Source of the DNA: Octopus vulgaris
Lineage: Eukaryota
NCBI GenBank assembly: GCA_951406725.2
Contig: OX597816.1
Span: forward strand, 151,342,001 to 151,406,000
DNA: 64,000 bases
Direction of reading: 5' to 3'
The notes under the pieces are model-generated. The model was not told the DNA's origin. It saw nothing but the letters and a program-made list of their open reading frames with translations, and did not search any database. Position 1 is the first letter of the stretch. Every line of letters starts with the position of its first letter. Positions 24,934 to 36,500 of this stretch are shown in pieces. The translations under genes were made by a program, and so were the position numbers.

Positions 24934-26519
24934 TGTACAAATGTTCAATTAAATTTCCCAGCATGTAAGATTTTTAACTGCAAATTTCATGTTTCCTTTC
25001 ATTGTTTAAAACCAAAAATCTTTTCTAGTAAGTTTTCCACCAAATCATCTCTTTCATATGAGCTTCTTCATTGCTTCTACTATCAATAATCTTCTTAAAT
25101 AAAATGTGTCTGCTATGCCTTACTGAATCACATTTTTTTAAAGAAACAAACAAGAGAGAACACATTTTCTTTTATACACTTGGTTTGTGCAACATTGTTT
25201 TTTATTTTTTTTTTGTAACAAAGAGACATTTGATTTTTAACAATCATAATTATTGGATAATTGTCAATGAATTTGTTATTTTTAGAAGACAAACAGTCTA
25301 AATTTTTATTATTAAATTTTTAGAAGAAATTTAAAATTATGACTTTGTTGGAGAATTTCATTACAATGTCTGAAAAATTGCAAGAAAATTCTGGTATATA
25401 AGTAAAAAGGAGGAAAATAGTATTCGTTACCTTCAGTTGATTGTTTTTCACCACTCAATGAGTTTAACTGTAAAATCGTGTCACAGTGAATATCAATTAA
25501 ACCCAGTGAACAGCGGTGCTAATGACAACAGGTTCAATAACACATTACTCTGATGAGAATGGATGTTTTGTTTTCACTTCACAACAACAGACTTCCTAAA
25601 CTGAAAGCAGTTAAATCAAAATTCACCTTCCTACATAAAATTTAGTCCATACCAATGAGGGAACCTCTGTATAGTTGTTCAACCTGCTAGAAATGACAGC
25701 TAAAAGTTGTCATAAAAAAGGACACAATGTATTCTTACATACAATGTATGACAAAAAAGTGCTTAAGGTTACAACCAGAATGTTTTTAATCATATATGTT
25801 TTCTCAATCAAGGCTGACTTGAAGCTATATAACTTTCTTGTCTTAAAATATAAATTTTATATATATATTCAAATCTATATGATTGAAGCTAAAGTTTTCA
25901 TATCTATCCAATTCAATGTAATTGCATATATTGACTTATCTAAATAGTTCTTTAGTTGCAGGTCTTTCCTGATCAAGCATCAATGACATCATTCTTTGGT
26001 ATCAAGGATAATTGTTTATAATATTTTAACTTGTGCAAGGTAGGACCACAAATTTGTTTGCAAACTCAGCATTTGTTGTCTTGAGAAAAGACACTGCGTT
26101 AGTTGCATTCAGTGCTTACGTTTATCATTAAGTTGTTCAGTTTAGGAGCTGTAACTGCTCCTGCATCAGTTATTCACAATTAATTCCCTCTCTTTTCCAA
26201 ATTTCTAAATACATAGTTGAACTACTTGCTTCATCTTTCTTGTGCCTCCTTTTCTTTATTTGGCTAGGATTTAAGAGTTGTTTGGACAACCAGTGAGCTG
26301 ACACATTTGCAGACATGTCCAGCCTTTCAAAGCTGATGTCACATAATTATGGTTTCAATGCAGGTGATATTAGCAGCTTGCTCATTTCATTGATCTCGTT
26401 CTTATTCTGCCACCAGATGTGTATGATTTTCCTCAGATATTTCCTGTGGTATATTTCCAGCTTATGGAGAAGTCATCTACAACATGCCCAAGTTTCAGAA
26501 CTGAATAATAAAGTAGTGA

Positions 26520-26815
26520 AAAGTTCCCTTTGAGTGTTGGGCCTCACAGAGGCAATGACCGAGACCTTTGGCATTATGTCATGCTTGAGAAGACTCATCA
26601 AGCCAAGTAAAATAGCAGTTGTGACAGATACTAGTACCATGCAAATGGCATGTAAAAGCACTCATTACACTCTCTGAGTGGTTGGTATTAGGAATGGTAT
26701 CCAGCCTTAGAAACCATGTCAAATCAAACTGGAGTCTGGTGCAGCTTGCCAGCCCTGGTCAAACCGTCCAGCCCATGCCAGCACGGGCAATGGATGTTAA
26801 ATGATAATGATGATT
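26520..26815 (+). mobile_element. RTE 3' end fragment
   Basis: gagtggttggtattagg...cccatgccagcacgggcaatggatgttaaatgataatgatgat matches the tail at 9240-9390. Confidence 0.75.
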
Positions 26816-27439
26816 TAATATGATTGGCTATGTTGTATAGAATAAATATCCTGAGAATGTTTCCCTTACATCATAACAGGAACTGACAATTGCATATAAC
26901 AAATTTGGTGCTGATCTCAGATCATAGTCTTTATATACATATCTACTCGGACAAGCAAAGGTTGTGCTGCAATTTTATGTGGTGTTATCTTTATTTAGTC
27001 AATTTTCACCAGGTTTCTGCTTGTTTGGTACTTGTTAAAGCAAGTTAAGATTTAGACTCATGCTCCTATATGCATCATCATGGTGTGTGTTCTGATACAA
27101 TCTGGTCATTTATTAGCTTGCAATCTAGTATGAGACCTGAATACTTGGTGGGAGATTACCTAATGTGAGCTTAAGCATAGCTGAGAAGATAGTAAATTGT
27201 ATGGGGCAGTTATGCACCCAAGACTTACTCCCACTTCAAACTGATCTACTGTGGAAAACTGACATCACATTTTGGTTTTTGTTGTGCAAAAGCTGTATGA
27301 TTGTGATGAGTTCTGTGGGAAGCTAAGTTTGGCTAGCACTTTTCACTATGCTTCATAATTTATAGAATCAAATGTTTTTGATAAGTTCAAAGAAAACCAT
27401 GTAAAATAATTTGTTACTCATAGCATTTATTCTGCAGCT

Positions 27440-28164
27440 GGCTGACAAACAATCATCTCTTTAGAGTGGAGTAAAAACCAATAGAATTAGTCCCAAGTGC
27501 AGTGGAAGAATGTTTTTTTTTCTCGGACGAGTCATCCTTTTCCTTATTTCCGACCACTGGCCGAGTATACGTGTAGAGACAGCCAAAAGAAGCATTTGAC
27601 TTAGACTGCCTTCTTCCAACTGTTAAACATGGAGGAGGATCTGTGATGATCTGGATGGCTATATCTTGGAAATCTGCCAGCCCAATGGTTTCCCTTCGTG
27701 GCAGAATTAATAGTCAAGACTATTTATGCAGTTTATCTGATTAAATTCATCTTATGGTTGCGGAACTGTTTCCAGAGGGAAACACAATCTTTCAGGATGA
27801 TAATGCACCAATTCCTGCAGCTAAAGTTGTTACTGAATGGCATGAGGACCATTCTAGTGAAGTTGAACATTCGAACATCTTATCTGGCCACCACAGTCCC
27901 CAGATCTCAATATTATTGAACATTTATGGTGCATTTTAGAAAAACAAGTCAGGAGTCGATATCCTCCACCATCATCACTACAAGAACTGGAGACTGTTTT
28001 AGCTGAAGAATGGACAAAATTTCCTTTGGAAACAATTCAAACTTTGTACGAGTATATACCTCATAGAATTCAAGCTGTAACTACTGTCAAAGGCAGTCCT
28101 ACCCCATATTAAAATAAATTTGTTTGAAATTTTAAGGTATTTCCATTATTTTGTCCAACCCCTG
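27440..28164 (+). mobile_element. Tc1-family transposon, 3' half with right TIR
   Basis: Frameshifted motifs TVKHGGGSVMIW, FQDDNAP, WPPQSPDLNIIEHLW and RIQAV..KG.PTPY*. Ends ttccattattttgtccaacccctg|TA (reverse complement CAGGGGTTGGACAAAATAATGGAA). Confidence 0.88.
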
Positions 28165-28990
28165 TATATATTGATGAAATTTTATAGAAATGCCGTTCAA
28201 ACAGCACAAATTACGATTATAAAGAAATTCGCGGGGGAAAATGTTTTCCGAAGGGGTGGGGAGAGGATTTTGGAAAATTCACACAATCCGTTTTTTTCCT
28301 TCATAACTTTCGGGATCTAGTTTAGCGCCCAGTCACCAAAGCGGAAAAAGAAAACCAGTCTAATAGGTATATAAAAACAAAAATTGGCGCAAACGAACGG
28401 GGTGGGTGTTGAGAGGATTTCGGAAAATTCGCACGATCCCATTTTTTCCCTCATAACTTTTAGGAAAATGGATATCTTTCAACGAAATTTTACAGAAACA
28501 CCTTTCAAACGGTATAGATTACGATTATAAAGAAATTTGTGGGGAAAATGTTTTCCTAAAAGTTGAGAGAAAAAATCGGATCGTGTAAATTTTCCGAAAG
28601 TCATTCTCCCCACCTACCCACCCCGTTCGTTTGCACAAATTTTTTGTTTTCGTATTCGTTTTTGAACATCTATTAGACTGTTTTTATTTATTTATTTATT
28701 TTCGTTTTGGTGACCGGGCGCTAAACTAGATCCCGAAAGTTACTAAGGATAAAAATGGATCTGTGTGAACTTTCCGACAGTCCCCTTCCCACCCCTTCGG
28801 AAAACATTTTCCCCACAAATTTCTTTATAATCGTAATTTGATTTGGACTTGTACCATTTGAACGGTATTTCTATAAAATTTCACTAATATACATTTTCCT
28901 GAAAGTTATGAGGAAAAATCGGATCTTGTGAATTTTCCTAAAGTCATCTCCCCACCCTACCCGCGTTCGTTTGCAGAATTGTTTTTTTTT
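28165..28990. repeat. Foldback/MITE-like modular inverted repeat
   Basis: 28165-28445 is mirrored by 28570-28890, e.g. actttcgggatctagtttagcgcccagtcaccaaa vs tttggtgaccgggcgctaaactagatcccgaaagt. Sub-modules recur internally. A related module lies at 15280-15500. Confidence 0.8.
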
Positions 28991-30092
28991 TTCATATTCG
29001 CTTTCTACACATCTTTTTATACCTAGTAGGCTGTGGTTCTTTTTTTTTTTTTTTCGGCTTTCATTAATGGATCTCAAACTGTATATTGACCAATGTCAAC
29101 TTATAGAGTTTGTCTTGACGCACTGCAGAACTTTTCAAAGTTTTGTAAATGTTGGGAAAATATCTCTCGTAAATAAAATACACTATAGAGCTGTACTAAA
29201 ATAAATACACCCTTCGCTATATTTACAAACCAAAACCTGTAAACACTCAAGTACCAAACTAGTTTTTGCGCGTCATGGACACCTATTTTTAAAGTTTAAA
29301 AATCTGGCAATAATTCGGTATATACAAACCTACTCAGCTGAAAGCAAAACAACACTTATCCTACCTGAGACTAAATTCTATGCTAATTTTTGTAGCATTT
29401 ACGACTGTTTTCCCACATTTCAGCATTTTTTTTTCCAACATATTCATTCAAGTTAGTTGACAACCCTTAGAATTATGTGTTAACAATTTACCGAATTCAT
29501 TGTTACTGGCATTGCACTGGTGTCATACATAAAATTCAAAATATGAACAGGAATATATTTTATAAAAGAAAGACAAAGAAAAAAGGGGGAGAAAGAAAAA
29601 GATATCAATGCAGCACTAAGTGCTTCAATTGGTCGCACACCACAAGGTTGAACGGAACAACAACAAATGAATACTAACCTTTAGCTTGTATATTTATTAT
29701 CATTATTATTTATCTACGGGAAAATTATCCGTCACTCAAATTAAAACAAACGGATAAATGGATAATTACCTCCCTCTACTTCGCTTCTTTTGGAATATGG
29801 CTTTAAGTGTCATATTTACCCTCGTGTCTTAAACCACGGATCTCGGAAACTGACGGAACCTACCGAAAACAAATCCCTTTAAAAGGGTAAAAGAAAAGTG
29901 CAATTTGATTATCTTTGATGTCTCTTCATCTTTACTATTAATATAGTTATGCTACAATTTAGTTAATTTATCATGCATTAGTTTAGATTAACGAAGAATA
30001 CAATACCTGTCTAACCTCGGATATCGCTACATCAATTATCCTCAAAGTCGCATCACTTCGTTTCTTAGGAAATCCGATTAAAGTTACAGATA

Positions 30093-30588
30093 ATGGCAAG
30101 GCCGAGAAAATACAAGACTGAAGCAGAAAAACGAGAAGCCAGGCGACAGCGTGAACGAATCAAAAGAGCTAATGAAACACCTTTAGAGAGAGATCATAGA
30201 CTGATGAAATTATCTTTGAATGAATGGAAACGGCGACGAAGTGAAACTGTTGAACAGAGAAGTGAGAGACTTAAAAGGCTGTCCTTAAATGCACGGAAGA
30301 GACGGGCTAAGGAAACGGCAGAAGAGAGAGCAAATCGGCTTCGAAAACTGTCTGAGAGCGAAATGAGGAGGCGTGCCAGAGAAACGTCTGAAGAAAGAAA
30401 GAGAAGACTTAAGAAACTCGCCGAATATGCAAAGAACAAGCGTACTTCCGAGTCAAATTGTCCTAATACACAAGTGGCTAAAATGGCGCGAGGCCGAAAG
30501 CAGACTGCTAATGGCATTAAGATCACCCTGACCAACTGTTACGATGACCAAGAAAACCATTACCTGGAGGAGATGCATCACGATCCTG
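30093..30588 (+). CDS. Paralogue 3 coding exon 1: four STPR-like repeats
   Basis: tttcttag| acceptor at 30068, ATG at 30093, CCTG|gtatct donor. Repeats ETPLERDHRLMKLSLNEWKRRRS, ETVEQRSERLKRLSLNARKRRAK, ETAEERANRLRKLSESEMRRRAR, ETSEERKRRLKKLAEYAKNKRTS. Confidence 0.87.
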
Positions 30589-33500
30589 GTATCTGTCCTA
30601 TGAACTTTTGATTAATTTGAGGGTGATAATAACTAGCATATCTAATTTTCTTCAACACTATTAATGTAAACAAACCTTGCAGGATATGATGCCGGCAATT
30701 CCGTGACAACTTCTAGTCCAAGTTGTAAACTATTTGGCTAGCGTCCAAGAAAACGGCATCAATGTCACATAATCTCATTTTCTGTTTTTACGAAAACAGA
30801 TTTTATATCATTATAAGATCTGTGTTGATGTTCTAATGTAGATTAATTTTTGACTTTTGGGTTTAGATAAGCTGGACATATATATATATATATATATCCT
30901 ATGATATTTTGAAGAGTACTTACTTTAATTTTCTGTTTCATCTCACGATGTGTGAGAGGATAATCGTATCGATGTCCTTTCTTTTTCTTCCTCAACATCA
31001 ACTCCTCGTGCAAAAGTTGTAAAAATTCCACAGGAGTCGCATAAAAAGTAGCAAGGGCTCATAATCAATTCATGTCATTTTATACTTCATTCTAATATAT
31101 TCTCGAAGTTGTTATGCCAAAACAAACATTTGGAGTAGCGATGCACTTTTCGAGTTTGTTACTGACTTCCACGACAAACAGTTATGAAGTCACTTTCAGT
31201 TTCAGTATTGCTCCGTGACGCGACTATGTAAATCTAAATAACAACAAACATAGAGGCACAGGATTTGATTATTTATGTTAATATAGTTTTTTAAGTAGGT
31301 CAAAATTTTTTTTTCACACCAGAAATACTAGGATTATAACTTATAAATGTAAAAAAAAAATAATATATATATGGTTATCAGAAATTTTGTTTTATCAAGA
31401 GTGTATGAATGAAATCAGTCATTTTCGCATCCTTTATTTTTGATGTTTTATTTATTTATTATTAGTTTTATTCGAAACACAAGAAATCAAAAATTACTCT
31501 AGTGTTGTAATCATTTAATGTATTTATATGTAAGACATCTATATGTGAAGGTGTGCAAAGACGAGGAATGAAACTCTAGAACATACAAAAATGTAAACTA
31601 ATTTTAGCTTTAAATTGAAATTAAGCCAAATGATGTTATGTGTATGAAGGGCTAAAAATTTATTTATGGAATTAAATATATAGCTAGAAATTATATATTC
31701 CAAATAGAAATAATATATACTTTAACACCTATTAATCACTGTTTTAAAACGTTTTAATGAAGCAGATTATGGTACTGTTTCAGGAGATAACTCCATCAGC
31801 ATCAACGCATCATTATTTAACGTCTGTCTTCTGTGCTGTCATAGGTTGGATAGTTCAACAGAATCTGACTTGTTGGAGGACTATTGAGCACCAATGTCTG
31901 CTTTGGCATAGTTTCTATGTCTGGATGCCCTTCCCAATGCCAACCACTTTATAAAGTGTACTGTGTGCTTTTCATGGTACCAACACTAGTGAGATCACTA
32001 AATAACTTGGAAGATAAATCCCCTTTACTGAGTTGGGGATGTAAGGTGTTGAGAGGCTAAAATGTGATAGAAAGACAGCAACAGGTGTCTTATTATATTA
32101 TAGAAGAGATACATGGCTTCTTCAGCAATAAAAAGAAGAAAAGACAGTGGTTATTTTGTGTCAGGGCATATCCTCAAGATAAAAGGAGGAAATGAAAGAG
32201 AACAGAGATAGAAGATCAGGAAAAGTGGATGGCCAAGTACATGAAAATATGAAAGGAGAGTGAAAAATGTTTTGTGATGAGGACAGAGTTGGATGCAGTG
32301 AATGATGAACATAGGTGGACATGTAGTCAATGGTGACTATCAGTTTGGAGGAGAAGGGGAAGAAAATAGGAGTGGGTCAAGGAGCAGGAGGTGATAAATG
32401 GCAGTACGAAAAGAGATTGATGAAGAGCAACAGTATAATAAAACTGTAGACAGATGAGAGATAGTGAGATGATATTCAATGTGTGGAGTGGGTATGAGAA
32501 AGGGATGCACAGAAATGGAGGGCAGAGGTATGTAGGAGTGGGTGTTGTGAGTGATGAACAAAGGTGGTAGGGTAAAGTGATAATGTTAAGCTAAAGGAAT
32601 TTTAATGGCTTCCTTATTGATATTTTTTTATCAAGAAATCAGGAAGTGGCATATTAGGTTGTGATTGAACAGCAAAGGCAATCACTGGTTTCAAAGTCTT
32701 AATCATATATTTTGTATTTTGAGTTTTTAAGTTGTTGATCCCTAAACAGTAAGTAATTATGAAGAACCTATAAACATCATTTCTAAATAATTGATTTTCA
32801 TAGTCATGGGGATTAGATTTTTTAAAGAGAAAGTAAATGGAAGTTATCTCATGTTTTTCTGAAGGAGATTACTGTAAATAAAGGATAGCTCATGGATCCA
32901 GCTCTCCAAGAGCTTACCTCTTCTTCTGCAACACTCACAACTACTATTTCCAAAATATTAATGCTTGTTCTTTTAAAAATGTCTTAGATATATCATTGAA
33001 AGACTAAACCAAAGTTTGAAATATTGATATTTATTGAATTTAAAGAGAGGAAAGGAGAACATGGTATGGTGTTTTGACAAGGGATGTGATGGCTTAAAAA
33101 AACTAGATATCTTTGAAACTTTAAAATCAAAATTAACACTGAAACAAGAAATATGAATTCTGCAAAAATAGGACTTAATATTTTAAATAATTACTCTTTA
33201 ATTGTTTCCGTTCAGAAAAAGGTTTACTTGAAAGTAATTCTTATTTTTACAGAAAAGTTTCAAGCTCTTGTTGAAAAGTCAGGACTTAATTCCATTCCCA
33301 CTTCTCAACTTCGTTGTGTTGAAACAAGAAAATTGCAAAAAGTCTCTGTTGGAATTGGTGCAAATAGGAAAAAGAAAACCAAAACAACAACCAGAGCACA
33401 GAGGAACCAATTGATCTCAGTCTACACTTCTAATAAAGCAAACTCCAAATTATGCAAAACCAGAACCAATGCAATGTTGTGAGTATTTTAGATCATCTCC

Positions 33501-36500
33501 TTTAAAAGTTTACTTTTTCTTATACTAACTAGTGGAGAATTTTTAAAAATTCAACATCTCTTATCTATTGGGTTGAGGAATAATTCATGAGCGTTTTTTT
33601 TTCTTTTCAAATTTATTTTAAACAAAATAACTACAATAAATTAATCGATAATATACTCTCTGTTGTTGTTTACGACTTCCCCCTATTGTTCAATAAGTTT
33701 TGCAATGTCTCGGTGATAGAAATCTCCCAGTCTTGACTCAGAGAATTCGTCCAACCAAGCCCTCAATGTCATGTCATTATTGAACAATACACCATGCAAA
33801 GCAGTCAAAAGAGATGAAAATCTGATGGCACCAAGTCTGGAGAGTATGGAGGATGAGGCAGCTCTTTCTGTTTGATGTTAGGACACACATTGTGTTGCAG
33901 AAGAACTCCATTTCGCCTATTCAGTTTTTTTGCTGAATTGCTTTGTTGAGTCACTGCAGTTGTTGAACGTAGAGCTCTGCATTAAATGTTTGATTGCGCT
34001 CAACCAGTTCATAACAAATTGTGCCTTCCCAGTCACCACCATACACACCACATGGTCTTTCAAGGATGAAGGTCTTGTTTTGCTTGTAGAGTCGTTTGTT
34101 TGTCGGAGCTGAGCCATTTATTTTGCTGCTTCATTTTGATGTAAAGGCACCATTTTCTATTACCAGTGATAATGTGGTAAAGAAAACGTTGTTTGTGACT
34201 ATATGTTGAGCGATGTCGAGCAAACAAACTGGTGGCAATTGTGGAGCATTGATTTTTGTTGTTTTTACTCAAAGTGTATGGTACCCAAGTGCTGAGTTTC
34301 TAAACTATTGAGTGAAGGTGGTTCACCACTTTTTTTTTCATCACATTCCATTTGCTCCACCAATTCTCTGGTTGTTTGACGTGGATTTTTATGAAGAAGT
34401 TGATTCAATTGCTCTTCATTGAACTCAATTGGTTGACTGGTGTGTGATCCATCCTTGAGGTCAAAATTCCCATTTTTGAAACATGAAAACCAATGGCAGG
34501 CAATATATTGAGACATTACTTCTCCATACACAGCACAAATCTCACAAGCAGCTTCGGCAGCCTTAACACCTTGATTAAATGCAAAAAGCAAATGGTGTCG
34601 AAAATGCTTATGTTTGTCCACTTGACATTCCATTTTAATGATCTGAAGATACACAAAAATCAACAAAAGTAAAAAAATCAAAATACAGTAGTCCCCCGGT
34701 ATTACATTCCTAGAGCATGGTCCATAAAATGCCTACAAATGTCAAAATATAATGTAAAATATTATATATATCAGGAGTGGCTGTGTGGTAAGTAGCTTGC
34801 TAACCAACCACATGGTTCCAGGTTCATCTCACAGCGTGGCATCTTGGGCAAGTGTCTTCTGCTATAGCCCCGGGCCGACCAATGCCTTGTGAGTGAATTT
34901 GGTAGACAGAAACTGAAAGAAGCCTGTCGTATATATGTATATATATATATATGTGTTTGTGTGTCTGTTTTTGTCCCCCTAGCATTGCTTGACAACCGAT
35001 GCTGGTGTGTTTATGTCCCCATCACTTAGCAGTTCGGCAAAAGAGACCGATAGAATAAGTACTGGGCTTACAAAGAATAAGTCCCGGGGTCGAGTTGCTC
35101 GACTAAAGGTGGTGCTCCAGCATGGCCGCAGTCAAATGACTGAAACAAGTAAAAGAGTATATATATATATATATACACACACACACATTTATATATTCAT
35201 TTTGCAAGATTCTTGATGTGATTTCCTGTGTTAAAACAGATATTGTTGCATTTAGGGATGGTCGTGTTGCCAATTTAGCCAATAAAAACACACACACTAT
35301 ATATTTGGTGTTCACTTGCTTCAGCTTTATTTTATATAAATTTTATTTAGGCCAGAGTTCTTTCGTCACACTTCTGTGACCTCATCAGTGGTCCTTTACT
35401 TTCTTCTTTCTTTTCCGTGTGTCTCTCCTTACTAATGATCTGCCATTTTGTATTCCAATAGGTCACAGAGGTGTGAGGTCACAGAAGTGTGATGAAAGAA
35501 CTTTGGCCGAAATACAATTCATATAAAATAAAGCTGAAGCAAGTGAAGACCAAATATATTGTGCGTGTGTTTTTATTGGCTAAACTGGCAACATGACCAT
35601 CCCCAAATACAACAATAAATATACATAGATACATACATACATACATATATATATATATACATACATACATATTATATTTAATAATAATTTTATAAAAAAT
35701 TAAGTAAAATGTACGGTTACTCACCAATAATGAATGATATTGATTTATGACGATGATGAAAATAATGAGGGTAATGACTGCACAGCAAAGAAGATTTAAA
35801 GCTCTTCAGATGTTTTAGGGGATGTCGTATCTTCATGCAAGGCTTTTTTGGTGATCTTGAGGAACATTGTGGTGGGAAGTTGCTGTCGTTTCTTCTTGGT
35901 GGTGAGGAGAATTTTATATGTCTGCAATCCTGGCATTTTTAAATTGGAGAGACCGAACCATATAGGGATCCCATGCTCCTGCTTTCCCTTGGAATTCCTT
36001 TGCTGTCCTTAAAAGATCAGACAGACATTTGATTGTCAGGCTCACCCCATCTCCCCCTTCCTCTGGATCTGGTGCTTCCTCCTCCTCTTTGCTGGCAGAC
36101 ATTAACTCCAACAAATCTTCATCTATCAGGGTTTCAGAGTAGGCATCAATGAGGTCCTTGACCTCATCTTGTGTAATGTCAAAACCTTCACCACCAAGTA
36201 CCTTTGCCAGTTTCCTCTCATTGTTGAAAGCCTCATGCTGAATATCTGCAGGTGAGAAGCCCCCGTAGTCCTGGACACACTCTGGCCATACCTTCTTCCA
36301 GCATGCGATAAGGGTTTCTCTTGTCATTTCTTTAAGAGCAGCGTGGATGACTGACAGGCACATTGTGTTCGTGAACTTCTCATCCAAATCCATTGCATCC
36401 ACAGTGTTGGAGAGTGTGTAGAATGCATGGATCATCCCTTGATCTGTAGGCTGGATGAAGGAGGTGGTATTGGCAGGGAAGATCTCAACTTGAACTTCCT

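Noticed and set aside
4225-33482. Stop codon immediately after exon 2 in all three paralogues (TCG TAA, AGG TGA, TTG TGA)
   Set aside because: This follows automatically from a phase-2 GTRAG donor and is not evidence for a separate STPR+linker gene.
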